A stretch of 64,000 nt of DNA from Roseibacillus sp. (GCA_051251855.1 JBPOGI010000001.1:256001-320000); one strand, 5' to 3'; shown: positions 28,175 through 38,085, numbered from the stretch's first letter. Notes: generated by a model not told the origin, from the letters alone. Numbers and translations: made by a program.

Positions 28175-28498
28175 TGTGAATAACTTTGGGAACAAAAGTC
28201 AAAACTGGGGTTCAACATTGTCGAATCCAAGAACCAAGGACGGAGTGGTGGAACATCTTAAGGGCGTGTTTGCAAGGGTTCCACGAAAAGTTATTATCAT
28301 TCCTAACAATTTTTGAACATTGATGTAGTTTGTGTAAGTTGCTTTATGTGAACGGTTTAGGTTCTAGGTTGTTGGGGCTGTTCCCATTGGTTCACAACTT
28401 GTTCACAATCCTAAGGGGTTCCAAATGAGCTGCCAGTTTTGGATGAGATATGGATTCGGAGGACAAAGGGAAACGATTGTGAATAACCTATAGAATAA
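28175..28498. promoter_or_regulatory. Cluster of DnaA-box-like 9-mers (oriC-like or DnaA titration site)
   Basis: TGTGAATAA at 28175 and 28478 (=TTATTCACA), TTGTTCACA 28399, TGGTTCACA 28388, CTGTTCCCA 28378, TGGGAACAA 28187, TGTGAACGG 28347, in a relatively AT-rich 500 bp intergenic region. Confidence 0.7.
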
Positions 28499-28598
28499 CT
28501 TCTGGAGACCCGTGAGGGCCCCCTGTTTTTCAAAGGGTTCCGTGGAGAACAAAGGTTTTGGCGGGCGCGAAAGTGAGGTGTTGTTTCGGCCGTCGTTC

Positions 28599-29867
28599 TT
28601 ACAGCCGTGACTTTGCAGCCCAGAGCCCGAGGGCTGGATTGGGGATGAAGTAGAAGCGGTTACCGTCGCGGTCTGTGTTCCAGCCTTCTTTGAGTTCGCT
28701 TGGCTGGTAGTAGTCGAGGGCTTCTTGGAGGTCGCGGTATTGATAACCGACGCCTTCGACCTCCTCGCGGGTGAGGTGGCCGGGGCAGTAGGTGACGTTG
28801 AAGCGGCCTTCGGAGGAACCATGGATGAGGTGGGCGGCGGCAGAGAGGTTGTTGGCGAGGTCTTCGTTTTCGTCCACGAATTTCATGACCTCGGGCGAAG
28901 TGCGGTAGCCATATTTGCGGATCAGGCGGTCGATCTCGGGGTCTTCGCCGAACTCTTTGACCTCGGGGGCGAGGACGGTGAGTTGCCCTCCGGTGGCGAT
29001 GGCCATGCGGGTGCGGTAAATCGCTTTGTTGCCAAGCCAGGTGGAGTGAAATTCGGTAGGATCAAGGTAGCAGACGATGCGCTCGGGCTCCTCGTCGAGT
29101 TGGTTGAAGTTGACTTCGACAGCGAGTTGGGCTGCGGCTTCGAAGGGCTCGGTGCCGTGACCAATATAGACTCCGCGCGTGGCGAGGCTGCCGTCGGGGC
29201 GGGGGCCAACCACTGTTTGGACATAAAGTGTGGGGAGCTTTTCGCAAAAGAGTTCTTCCGCCTTGTTGAGGATGCGTCGCAGCGGGGTGTCAGCTTTGCC
29301 CATCATACGCTCCATCCCGTAGGCGGCGCCGATGAAGTGTGACTCGTTAATTCCACTGACACCGCCAGTGCCGACGAAGAGGTTTTTATTGCCGTTAGCC
29401 ATTCCGATGACTTCGTGAGGAACCACTTGGCCGACGGAGATGATGAGGTCGTGTCCGCCCTCCCAGACGAGTTTATTAAGTTGAGCGGGCCAAGCCTTGG
29501 TCCAGATGCCGTCGGTGACATCGCTGACGAATTCAGCGGGGACTTCGCCAATGGTGACCACGTCGTCGCGCCATCGATGAGGACGGACGAGGTTATGGGG
29601 GAGGCCGGGGAACATCTCGTCCAATTGATGGGCGGGCATGGGAACGTGGGTTCCAAGTGCGGGGAGGACGTCTTTGAGGTTTTCCCCGTAATACTGATAG
29701 ATTTCGGAGGTGAGGAGACCAGCGCGCGAGTGAAAACGGGTAAAGTCTGGGGGAATAGCGAGCACGTTGGTGCGGGGGCCTAGTTGGTCGAGGGCGGAGC
29801 GCAGGGCGGCACGAAGTTCATCGTCGGTGAGGTCGGTGGTGGCGGAGCCTTTTGAATAGAGAAGCAT
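28599..29867 (-). CDS. Lactate racemase (LarA) domain protein / DUF2088
   Basis: PPDFTR, ALGTH, VVPHEVIGMANGNKN motifs. Confidence 0.85.
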   Translation of the reverse strand: MLLYSKGSATTDLTDDELRAALRSALDQLGPRTNVLAIPPDFTRFHSRAGLLTSEIYQYYGENLKDVLPALGTHVPMPAHQLDEMFPGLPHNLVRPHRWRDDVVTIGEVPAEFVSDVTDGIWTKAWPAQLNKLVWEGGHDLIISVGQVVPHEVIGMANGNKNLFVGTGGVSGINESHFIGAAYGMERMMGKADTPLRRILNKAEELFCEKLPTLYVQTVVGPRPDGSLATRGVYIGHGTEPFEAAAQLAVEVNFNQLDEEPERIVCYLDPTEFHSTWLGNKAIYRTRMAIATGGQLTVLAPEVKEFGEDPEIDRLIRKYGYRTSPEVMKFVDENEDLANNLSAAAHLIHGSSEGRFNVTYCPGHLTREEVEGVGYQYRDLQEALDYYQPSELKEGWNTDRDGNRFYFIPNPALGLWAAKSRL

Positions 29868-30035
29868 AAACGTGGGGTCAGCTTGACCGGATTTGGTAAA
29901 AATGAAAAGAGCGGGGATAGCCAGTGTGAGGGGAAAGGAAGAAGTGTTTTTTGCTACGAAATATCTGGGGATTTCGTATAACGCGGCACATCTCGGCCCT
30001 GAATCATCCTTCCTTCTTTTCACTGCTCATCATTT

Positions 30036-31550
30036 ATGTGCGCTTTCTTTCGACGACTTTCCTGTTGTGTTTTTGTTGCATTGGTTGGCAGAGCTTCTGG
30101 GGCTGAGGTCGGAGAGAAGGACCTGGGGCTCCAGTTGGCGGAGAATCCTCCCATGGAGGTTTTGGCCAGGGAGGCTCCTCCGTATCCAGAAATCCCCGAG
30201 AAGTTTGAAATTCGGTCAGGCTACCGCTTGATCGATTCTTTGGATGAGTTTCGATTGGCGATTCAGCGGAATAATCAGCGGATACGGATGAAGCCGGGGA
30301 TTTATCGTGCCAAAAAGACGGATCCGGCGATTGAACTGCCGCTTCGGAAAGGCATCGGGATGGGGCTGAATCGAGAGAAGGGAAGGCAGGAGCACATTTT
30401 TGCGGTCAATGGCTCGAACAACTTTTTCGATCTTCGGGATGTCGTCATTGAGACACCAGTTTCTGTTCAGAGCACGCTTTCGCGACGGGCCCACGTCTCG
30501 GATAGCTGGCACATCAATGGGGCGAACAATGTCTTTGTCGGAGGCTTCTTCCAAAACATTTTGGACCTGACTTACCCTGAGTATTTCGTGACCAATAATG
30601 AATTTGAGGTGACGGGAGATCGCAATCGGTTCTTTGATTGCACCTTTGTGATCAAGGGCTCGATTCCCTATGGATACACCGACTACTATGGGAAGGGGGC
30701 CAAGAATTTCGGGGTGCTCAATAAGCACTGCTTTATGTCCATCGATCATGCCAATGAAACTGAGCTGATTCGTTGCAAGGTCTTTCAGCAATCCTTTGGG
30801 CACTGTGTCCATTTCCACAATTGCAATGGAGTTCTCATTAAGGACTGTGCCTTCACGGGAGCACTGAGGCCGACGAATGATATTTTCAAAGAAGTGGCCG
30901 GTCGGGCAGTGGAATATGACTTTGAGATGAGGTATCGTAGCAGACAGCCTATTCCACGTGATCTGATGATTCCATTGGTGGAGGATGGGATTCGTTCCTA
31001 TGATAACGTGCGGAATATTACCGTCATCAATACGACGGTGGAGAGAATGCGGGGAGCCGTGCAATTGCTTTGCGAGGGGAATGTTACCCTGAAAAATGTG
31101 ACCGTGCGGGAGGCGGGTGATTTCGGTTTTGACGTCTCAGTTGGAAAGGAAGGGAAGGTCTTGTTAGAGAACTGTCAGAGCGATGTGGCCTACAATCCCG
31201 TCTTTCACCTCCTCCGAGGTGAGATGCCTCAGAATGCTCGGTATGAAGTCACTCTGTTGAGTCCTCCAGAAGGCGCTCAGCCAACGCCGAGGACGAACCT
31301 TGGGACGATTTCTGGGGAGCGTTGTCATTTCATTTTGAAAGACGGAACCACGCGGCCGATTCCCGAGGAGGCGAATGTTCTGGTGGCTGGAGGCCCTCGA
31401 CGAGACTTGGTGAAATCAGTAGTCGAAAACTACACTACCGCCAAAATTGTCCTGAACGAAAATGTGCGGGATTGTGTGATCAAATCTGTAGGCCCCGTGG
31501 AGGATGGAGGAAAAGGAAATGAAATCATTCAGTTGAAAGCTGAGGAGTAG
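30036..31550 (+). CDS. Secreted right-handed beta-helix (pectin-lyase-like) protein
   Basis: Signal peptide; MKPGIY early motif; repeated short beta-strands such as GHCVHFHNCNGVLIKDC and EDGIRSY. Confidence 0.65.
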   Translation: MCAFFRRLSCCVFVALVGRASGAEVGEKDLGLQLAENPPMEVLAREAPPYPEIPEKFEIRSGYRLIDSLDEFRLAIQRNNQRIRMKPGIYRAKKTDPAIELPLRKGIGMGLNREKGRQEHIFAVNGSNNFFDLRDVVIETPVSVQSTLSRRAHVSDSWHINGANNVFVGGFFQNILDLTYPEYFVTNNEFEVTGDRNRFFDCTFVIKGSIPYGYTDYYGKGAKNFGVLNKHCFMSIDHANETELIRCKVFQQSFGHCVHFHNCNGVLIKDCAFTGALRPTNDIFKEVAGRAVEYDFEMRYRSRQPIPRDLMIPLVEDGIRSYDNVRNITVINTTVERMRGAVQLLCEGNVTLKNVTVREAGDFGFDVSVGKEGKVLLENCQSDVAYNPVFHLLRGEMPQNARYEVTLLSPPEGAQPTPRTNLGTISGERCHFILKDGTTRPIPEEANVLVAGGPRRDLVKSVVENYTTAKIVLNENVRDCVIKSVGPVEDGGKGNEIIQLKAEE

Positions 31551-33087
31551 GGGAGCGGAGAGCTTTTCTTCGAAGGACTTCTTTGACGGCTTTGTGGCAA
31601 TTGATGAGTCCATGGCCAGTCTCGTAGTCGACTCCGGCAGGGCCGACGTCCGTGGCGGTAGAGGTGATGATCTCCTTGAGGTCCCAAGGGAGGAGGTCGG
31701 GATCGGCAGAAAGCATCAAAGAGATGGCACCACAAAACATGGGGCCGGCATAGGAATTGCCATTCAGTAATCCGGGATGAAAAGAGCCATCTGGAAATTG
31801 TCCGGGAACCGCAGCGTTGAAGGCACAGACCTCGGGCTTTTGCACTTCTCCGTCCTGATAGTGCTCGTTGTTCCACTCGACGGGGCCTACGCAGGAAAAG
31901 TCGGTTTTGCTGAGGTTTTGCTGAACTCCGGCTGCGGCGAAGACGGCGTTGGGAATGCTCTGGGGGATATTCATCAAGAAGGGGGTGGGGTGATTGCGAG
32001 CGATGTTGCCGGCACCGGAGACAAAGTAGACTCCGCAAAAGTTGCCGTGCTCCATGACCTTGCGCCAATGGGAGCGATACTCGCCGTAACCTCGTCGGGA
32101 GAAACTCATGCTGTAGGTGTCGGCGCCTTGTTCGATGGCCCACTCGACGGATTGTTCGATGCCGCCAGTATTGATAACTCCGGTCCATTGACTCTTGGGC
32201 GCGACTCCGCATTGGGTATTGCCACTGGTGCTTCCTGAACCGCTGACGATATTGGCGCAGCTGGTGCCGTGAAGAATACGTCGATCCTTTGGGTCACCAG
32301 TGAAGGGGAGGGTGGTGAGTTGGGCTGAGTCCTGGTCGAAGTTATAGCCATGATAGTCGTCGATGTAGCCGTTGCTGTCGTCATCGATTCCGTTGTGGGG
32401 GATCTCGTTGGGGTTGCGGTAAACATTGCGTGTGAGAGGTTCGGAGAAGATGAAGTTTCGATCATGGATCACGTTGAGGGTGCCTTCTCCGGTGACTTTG
32501 AAGTCCTTCCAGACTTGGTCGGCTTTCAGTTTCTGAATATACCACGGGATGTTCTCAAAGTAGGGTTCTTCAAGGGGCGCGATCGGGGGATTTCTTTCGA
32601 TTTCGCCAACTGTCTTTTTCTCGATGCGGGGTAAGGGACGTAGAAAGACCTTTCGCACCCCGGGGATCTGAGCGAGAGCGAAGAGGTCTTTGTGAAGCAT
32701 GGTGCAAGTAAAGCCATTGACGATCCAGTGGGGGACGAGGTCTTTGAGGACGTCCTGTTCCTCCAAGTTGGCAAGAGCCTTAGACGCTTTTTGGATTGAG
32801 GATTGGTTCTGGGATTTGAGGGCTTTGACGGTTTCGACTCGTAAGGTGCGGCGCTCGGATTCGGCAAACTCCTGCGCCCTTCTTTGGTATCCCGCGCCAT
32901 CGCCCAGCAGTTGCTTATCGAACCAGACGGTCACTCTGAGGGGAGTGATTTCACTGACTTCTGGTTGAGGGGGAGGGGAAAACCAAATCCCCGTGCCAGG
33001 AAGAGTTTCCATCGAGATGGTGAGGGCTGATGCTGAAATTGGAAAGAGAGCGGAACTTAGGAAGAGTGCGCGCAAGAGGAGGCTCAT
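31525..33087 (-). CDS. Subtilisin-like S8 serine peptidase
   Basis: NPNEIPHNGIDDDSNGYIDDYHGYNF insert, HGTSCA, SGAGN, GNSYAGP, TATDVG...GHGLIN. Confidence 0.88.
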   Translation of the reverse strand: MSLLLRALFLSSALFPISASALTISMETLPGTGIWFSPPPQPEVSEITPLRVTVWFDKQLLGDGAGYQRRAQEFAESERRTLRVETVKALKSQNQSSIQKASKALANLEEQDVLKDLVPHWIVNGFTCTMLHKDLFALAQIPGVRKVFLRPLPRIEKKTVGEIERNPPIAPLEEPYFENIPWYIQKLKADQVWKDFKVTGEGTLNVIHDRNFIFSEPLTRNVYRNPNEIPHNGIDDDSNGYIDDYHGYNFDQDSAQLTTLPFTGDPKDRRILHGTSCANIVSGSGSTSGNTQCGVAPKSQWTGVINTGGIEQSVEWAIEQGADTYSMSFSRRGYGEYRSHWRKVMEHGNFCGVYFVSGAGNIARNHPTPFLMNIPQSIPNAVFAAAGVQQNLSKTDFSCVGPVEWNNEHYQDGEVQKPEVCAFNAAVPGQFPDGSFHPGLLNGNSYAGPMFCGAISLMLSADPDLLPWDLKEIITSTATDVGPAGVDYETGHGLINCHKAVKEVLRRKALRSPTPQLSTE

Positions 33088-33250
33088 GGGGAGAGCTTGG
33101 CTGTTGAGAAGGCAAACGTCGAACTTTAGAGAAGCTCGACCCATTTCGACGTCCTAGTCATCGGGTTTGGAGGAGGCGCGGTCTTTTTTGTTCCAGATGG
33201 GTGGCTTTCGAATTGGCTTTAGGACCTAAAAGGAGCTTATTAGAAGCGAT

Positions 33251-34837
33251 ATGAGCAGTTGCCCCAGTATTTTTAATGATGTCCTTGGGCCGGTGATGCG
33301 AGGGCCATCCAGCTCCCATAGCGCTGCGGCCCTGCGGATTGGACGAGTGGCACGGGATTTGATGGGGGGGGAGTTGAGTCATGTGCGAGTGGACTATGAC
33401 CCCTCGGGTTCCTTGGTGACGACTCATGAATCCCAAGGCTCAGACCTAGGGCTCTTTGGGGGCTTAATGGGCTGGGATACGGATGACGAGCGCTTGATGA
33501 ACTTTCGGGAAGAGATTCGCAAAGCGGGAATTGAGGTTGAGATCTGTTACACGAGTTATGGCGCCGAGCATCCTAACAACTATCGGCTTACGATGGGTAG
33601 CGGGGAACGTGAGCGTAGCTTGGAGGCGATTTCCACGGGCGGAGGGATGATTGTGATTCAGAAAATCGACGGCATTTCGGTGGCGCTGAATGGGGATTTT
33701 TTTGAGACGGTGATTTGTCTCAAGGGGGCGGCTGAAGAGGTTGAGAAGCGTTTGGTGCAGGAAGGTTCCTTTGAGGAGATGGTGGTGAATTGTGAGGGGA
33801 ATTCTTCTCTGGTGGTGGCTAGCGGGCGTAAGTATCCTAAACAAGAACTGCTAAATGAGATTGTTGGCTGCGATGGTGTCACTTCGGTTGAGGTGGTGAG
33901 ACCAGTTCTTCCCGTTCTTGGGCGTAAGGATCTGAAGGTGCCTTTCCTGTGCTGTGAAGAGATGCTGGTCTACCTAAAAGAAGAGGGTGGAGAGCTTTCG
34001 TTGGCGGACTTGGCGATTCGATATGAAGCCGCTCGCGGGGGGATTTCTGAAGAGGAGGTGGTGGCGAAGATGGGGGAATTGGTTGAGGTGTTCGAGACTT
34101 CGATCAGTAAGGGCTTGGGAGGGACTCAATATGATGATCGGATTCTCCCGTATCAGTCAGGGCAGTTTGGGGAGTTGTTAGAAAAGGGAGAACTCATTCC
34201 CGGTGACGTGCTGAATCGGGTGATTCTCTACGTTACCGCAATGATGGAGATGAAGAGTTCGATGGGAGTGATTGTTGCGGCTCCCACGGCGGGATCTTGC
34301 GGGGCCTTGCCGGGTGCGATCTTTGGGGTGTGCGATGCCATGGGCTTGGACCGGTCGCGAAGAATTGAAGCTCTCCTCGCGGCGGGATTGATCGGGGTTT
34401 TCATTACCGCTCGTTCGACTTTCGCTGCCGAGGTGGCTGGGTGTATGGCGGAGTGTGGATCGGGGGCGAGTATGGCGGCGGCTGCTTTGACTGGCTTGGC
34501 GGGGGGCTGTCTTTCGCAGCAATTGAGTGCGGCTTCACAAGCATTGCAGAACTCGTTTGGGATGACCTGCGATACGTTGGCAAATCGAGTGGAAGCCCCT
34601 TGTTTGGGAAAAAATGTGATGGCGGCAAGTAACGCGTTGGCTTGCGCGAATATGGCACTGGCGAATTACCAGCATCTGGTTCCGATGGACCAAGTGATCG
34701 ACGCCATGCGTGAGGTCGGGGAGCTGATGCCGCGCGAGATTTGCTGCACAGGGCTAGGCGGGCTCGCTGTCACCCCTGCGTCGCGCGAGCTTGAAAAGCA
34801 GTTGAGCAAGAAAGGGTGTGGGGGCTGCGGTAGCTAG
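33251..34837 (+). CDS. Iron-sulfur L-serine dehydratase, fused beta and alpha subunits
   Basis: GPVMRGPSSSH, HPN, STGGG (beta); IVAAPTAGSCG, AGCMAECG, GMTCD, VEAPC, GLGGLA (alpha). Confidence 0.92.
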   Translation: MSSCPSIFNDVLGPVMRGPSSSHSAAALRIGRVARDLMGGELSHVRVDYDPSGSLVTTHESQGSDLGLFGGLMGWDTDDERLMNFREEIRKAGIEVEICYTSYGAEHPNNYRLTMGSGERERSLEAISTGGGMIVIQKIDGISVALNGDFFETVICLKGAAEEVEKRLVQEGSFEEMVVNCEGNSSLVVASGRKYPKQELLNEIVGCDGVTSVEVVRPVLPVLGRKDLKVPFLCCEEMLVYLKEEGGELSLADLAIRYEAARGGISEEEVVAKMGELVEVFETSISKGLGGTQYDDRILPYQSGQFGELLEKGELIPGDVLNRVILYVTAMMEMKSSMGVIVAAPTAGSCGALPGAIFGVCDAMGLDRSRRIEALLAAGLIGVFITARSTFAAEVAGCMAECGSGASMAAAALTGLAGGCLSQQLSAASQALQNSFGMTCDTLANRVEAPCLGKNVMAASNALACANMALANYQHLVPMDQVIDAMREVGELMPREICCTGLGGLAVTPASRELEKQLSKKGCGGCGS

Positions 34838-34852
34838 CTTTTAGGGAAATGG

Positions 34853-35572
34853 TTATTTGGGAGTGCTGAACACGAGATTGCCGACAAACTTGGTGCTGTC
34901 TTTGACCTTGAGTAGCTTTTTGGCTAACACATTGTTACCAGATAAGACGGAGTCGTAAGAAGTGTTAAGGCTCTTGGAAGCTAGATGGTCTCCGTCTTTG
35001 TCGGTGACCAAGATGATATAGTCGCTATATTGGTAGCCTCCCAGATTTCCTTCCCCTTTGTTGTCGGAGTCATAGCGAGTGACAAACTCTTTGAGCTGTA
35101 CCTCTGCTTCATTCAGCTTGGGAGGAGAGATCGAAAAGCTCTGATTCGCGAGAACACATTTAAGGTCATCATCACGCTGGTCTTCGCCAATGATGATAAT
35201 GTTGACCGTGACCTCGGGACTATCGATTTCGCGGCTAGTATTCTTTACAACGGCTTTACCTGAAATGGTCTGATTGACGTAATACGTGCCATCCTTTTTC
35301 CTCCGTTTTCCAACGGAAAATTCGATTTTATAATCGGGGAGCGCTGCGGGTAAATCCTTGGTCTTTTCCTTGAGGAGTTTAACTGTTTCTGCGCTCAGGT
35401 TTGAAAGAGGAATTTTGAAGAGTTTATTATCTTCGGTTCTTTTTACTGATACTGATTTCTCGGTAATGGAGATGACTTTGGCATTTAGGGTGTTTCCCTT
35501 TTTGTCAGTGAGATCCAATACTGGTGCTGCAAAGGCGCTTCCCGCAAATAGGAGTAAGGATAGAAATTTCAT
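34853..35572 (-). CDS. Secreted hypothetical protein with SHD1-like N-terminal domain
   Basis: Signal peptide; LTDKKGNTLNAKVI...FKIPLSNLS pattern. Confidence 0.6.
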   Translation of the reverse strand: MKFLSLLLFAGSAFAAPVLDLTDKKGNTLNAKVISITEKSVSVKRTEDNKLFKIPLSNLSAETVKLLKEKTKDLPAALPDYKIEFSVGKRRKKDGTYYVNQTISGKAVVKNTSREIDSPEVTVNIIIIGEDQRDDDLKCVLANQSFSISPPKLNEAEVQLKEFVTRYDSDNKGEGNLGGYQYSDYIILVTDKDGDHLASKSLNTSYDSVLSGNNVLAKKLLKVKDSTKFVGNLVFSTPK

Positions 35573-35737
35573 TGCTGTTCTTGTAGTTGCCCACATTCCA
35601 TAAGTCAAGAAGGCGAGATGTGTGTAGGACTGTAATGCCAACCCACGTATTCAACTGCTATAATTTTAGGAGTATTTTCGAAGCCTTATCTCATCAGATG
35701 GAGCAACAGTCTTATCTGAAACCTAGAGCCTTCTTTG

Positions 35738-37294
35738 TTATTCCTTTGGTTGCAGGCGGGGGAAGACGGGCTTTGGCTTATTGATGGTTTGGCCAGCTGG
35801 GAGGAGGCCCCACTTGAGTTCACTCAACTTGAGGTCGGCAAGCTGAGGAGCGTTCAGTTGGACTTGCATCTTGGCTGCTGCGGCAGGGACGAAGGGCTGC
35901 AAGAGCACGGAGGCGAGGGCGCAGGCTTCACACATATGGTGGAGGACAGCGGTGAGCTGATCGCGCTTGGCTTCGTCTTTTTTGAGTTCCCAGGGTTTGG
36001 TACGTTCTGCGAAGGTGTTGACGTCGGTGATGAAGCTGACAATGGCCTCAAGAGTCCCACGCAGGTCGATGGCAGCCATCTTTTCAGGATAGGCTGCGAG
36101 GAGGGCGGCGTGGGAGTTTCGGACAAGCTGGCACTCTTCGTCGTCGTATTGATAGGCGGTGAGCTCGCTGCCAAGGGAGGCCTTGGTCATGTTGAGTGAA
36201 CGGTTGAGGAGGTTACCGAGTCCGTTGGCCATCTCGGAGTTGAAGAGGACGAAAAGGCGCTCGGGATTGTAGTCTGAGTCTTTGCCGGTGGCGATGTCGC
36301 GAGCGAGGTAGTAACGCACGGCATCGGAACCAACGGTATCGATGAGTTCCATGGGGTCGATGATGTTCCCAAGTGAGCTGGACATCTTCTGACCGCTACT
36401 ATTCCAGAATCCGTGAACCAGTAGGTCCGGCATTTGTTCGTTGCCGAAGCCCATGGCATGAAGCATGCAGGGCCAGTAGACAGCGTGGGCTGGGACCATG
36501 ATGTCTTTACCTATGACGTGAAAATTCGCAGGCCAGAGGGTGTCGAAGTCGGGGAGTTCGCTGCCTTCTTCCTTGAGGTAGCCGGCAAAGGAAATGTAGT
36601 TGATGAGAGCGTCGAACCAGACGTAGGTCACAAAATTTTCGTCGAAGGGGAGGGGGATGCCCCATGAGAGTCGTTCCTTGGGACGAGAGATGCAGAGGTC
36701 AGTGGACTCGGCCTTTTCGATGGCGTTGAGCACTTCACTCTTTCGAAATGCGGGCGTAATGCCGAGAGCGTCGGACTCGACGGCTTCGCGTAGCCAAGTG
36801 GTGTGCTCGGAGAGCTTGAAGTACCAGTTCTCTTCTTCGAGCTCGACAACTTCGCCCCACTCGGCGCCAAAGTTGCCGTCCTCGCCGCGCTCTTTGTCGG
36901 TGAGGAATTGTTCTTGGCGGACGGAGTAAAATCCAGAATAGGATTTTTTGTAGAGCTGACCTTTCTCGTAAAGATCGGTGAGGATTTTGGAGACGCAGGC
37001 CTTGTGACGAGGGTCGGTGGTCTCGACCCAGCCGTCATTTGAAATGTCGAGAGCGGTGAGAAGTTGAGTGAATCTTTCGGTGTTTTGAGTCGCAAGGGCT
37101 GCGACATCGACCCCTTCTTTTTCAGCAGTTTGCACCATCTTTTGACCGTGTTGATCGACGCCGGTGAGAAAGTAGACTTCTTCGCCACAAAAGCGATGGT
37201 AGCGGGCGAGGACATCGGTGAGGACTTTCTCGTAGGCGTGACCGATATGAGGTGAGCCGTTGGGGTAGTCGATAGCGGTGGTGAGGAAGATCAT
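35738..37294 (-). CDS. metG: Methionine--tRNA ligase (short monomeric form)
   Basis: IDYPNGSPHIGHAY, GVDQHGQK, YVWFDALINY, IGKDI, KMSSSLGN. Confidence 0.97.
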   Translation of the reverse strand: MIFLTTAIDYPNGSPHIGHAYEKVLTDVLARYHRFCGEEVYFLTGVDQHGQKMVQTAEKEGVDVAALATQNTERFTQLLTALDISNDGWVETTDPRHKACVSKILTDLYEKGQLYKKSYSGFYSVRQEQFLTDKERGEDGNFGAEWGEVVELEEENWYFKLSEHTTWLREAVESDALGITPAFRKSEVLNAIEKAESTDLCISRPKERLSWGIPLPFDENFVTYVWFDALINYISFAGYLKEEGSELPDFDTLWPANFHVIGKDIMVPAHAVYWPCMLHAMGFGNEQMPDLLVHGFWNSSGQKMSSSLGNIIDPMELIDTVGSDAVRYYLARDIATGKDSDYNPERLFVLFNSEMANGLGNLLNRSLNMTKASLGSELTAYQYDDEECQLVRNSHAALLAAYPEKMAAIDLRGTLEAIVSFITDVNTFAERTKPWELKKDEAKRDQLTAVLHHMCEACALASVLLQPFVPAAAAKMQVQLNAPQLADLKLSELKWGLLPAGQTINKPKPVFPRLQPKE

Positions 37295-37372
37295 GTTTAC
37301 TTGTAGGAGGGTTGAGAAAGGTGGGACTGGAAACCAGACTTTTTCCTGAGAAAGAGAGGTCCTCCGCGCTTC

Positions 37373-37777
37373 TTAAGAATGAGCGAAGAGCTTTGGCTGG
37401 AGTTTTCGAAAGATAAGTGTGCCAGCGAGGGCTCCTAGGATGTCGGCGGTGAGGTCGCCGGAGTCGTTGCCAGAGCGGAAGGGATACCAAGATTGGTGCC
37501 ATTCGTCTAAGGAGCCCACTGCGAAGAGGATGAGAACGACCAATAGGTGAATGGTGCTCCAGTGAAAGTTCCGGCGCTTCTGAAGGAAGAGGGTTGCGGT
37601 GAGAAGGCCAGCACCTCCGAAGAAGTAGCCGAAATGGAGAACCTTATCAACGGGGTAGTCGAGAGGTAGTTTGGGACCCTGGAGGGGACGACTCGAAAGA
37701 GTCCAGAGAGTGACGAACCAGACCAGAAAGAGGCCCGACCATAGGTGGTGCCGTCTAGCAAAGGCAGGAGTTTTCAC
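37373..37777 (-). CDS. VanZ family membrane protein
   Basis: DKVLHF, DEWHQ..P.RSG...DL.AD motifs; start placed at GTG 37777 to avoid overlapping brnA. Confidence 0.85.
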   Translation of the reverse strand: MKTPAFARRHHLWSGLFLVWFVTLWTLSSRPLQGPKLPLDYPVDKVLHFGYFFGGAGLLTATLFLQKRRNFHWSTIHLLVVLILFAVGSLDEWHQSWYPFRSGNDSGDLTADILGALAGTLIFRKLQPKLFAHS

Positions 37778-37809
37778 GGCTTTGGAGCGACGGGGAATCC
37801 CAAAATGGT

Positions 37810-38085
37810 TTAATCCATTTTCCGCATTTCGTCTTCGAGACGCTCGGCGAGCCACTGCTTGATCATGGACTGATAGTTCAGGAACCGTGAGCGGGCGATG
37901 CGCTTGATGCGCGAAAGCATGCGAGGGTCGAAGCGAAGGGTGATAGTGGTCGATTCGCGGGAATCGGGGGCGTGAAGGGAGCCTTGCATCAGACGCGGAG
38001 CTAAATCGTGGTTGCTCCAAAATTTGGCTTCGTCTTCTTCTTCTTCGAAATCGGGGATTTCGTCCCAGCTGGTGATGGTCTTCAT
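37810..38085 (-). CDS. BrnA/CopG family antitoxin
   Basis: IPDF..EEDEAKFW..HD, ITLR, YQSMIK.WL motifs; adjacent to BrnT. Confidence 0.85.
   Translation of the reverse strand: MKTITSWDEIPDFEEEEDEAKFWSNHDLAPRLMQGSLHAPDSRESTTITLRFDPRMLSRIKRIARSRFLNYQSMIKQWLAERLEDEMRKMD

Noticed and set aside
28403..28822. 139 aa ORF crossing the DnaA-box region
   Set aside because: Alternative frame of the LarA-like gene tail running into non-coding DNA
37778..38020. Long N-terminal extension of the VanZ ORF in the track
   Set aside because: Overlaps brnA in another frame; GTG at 37777 gives a normal-sized VanZ
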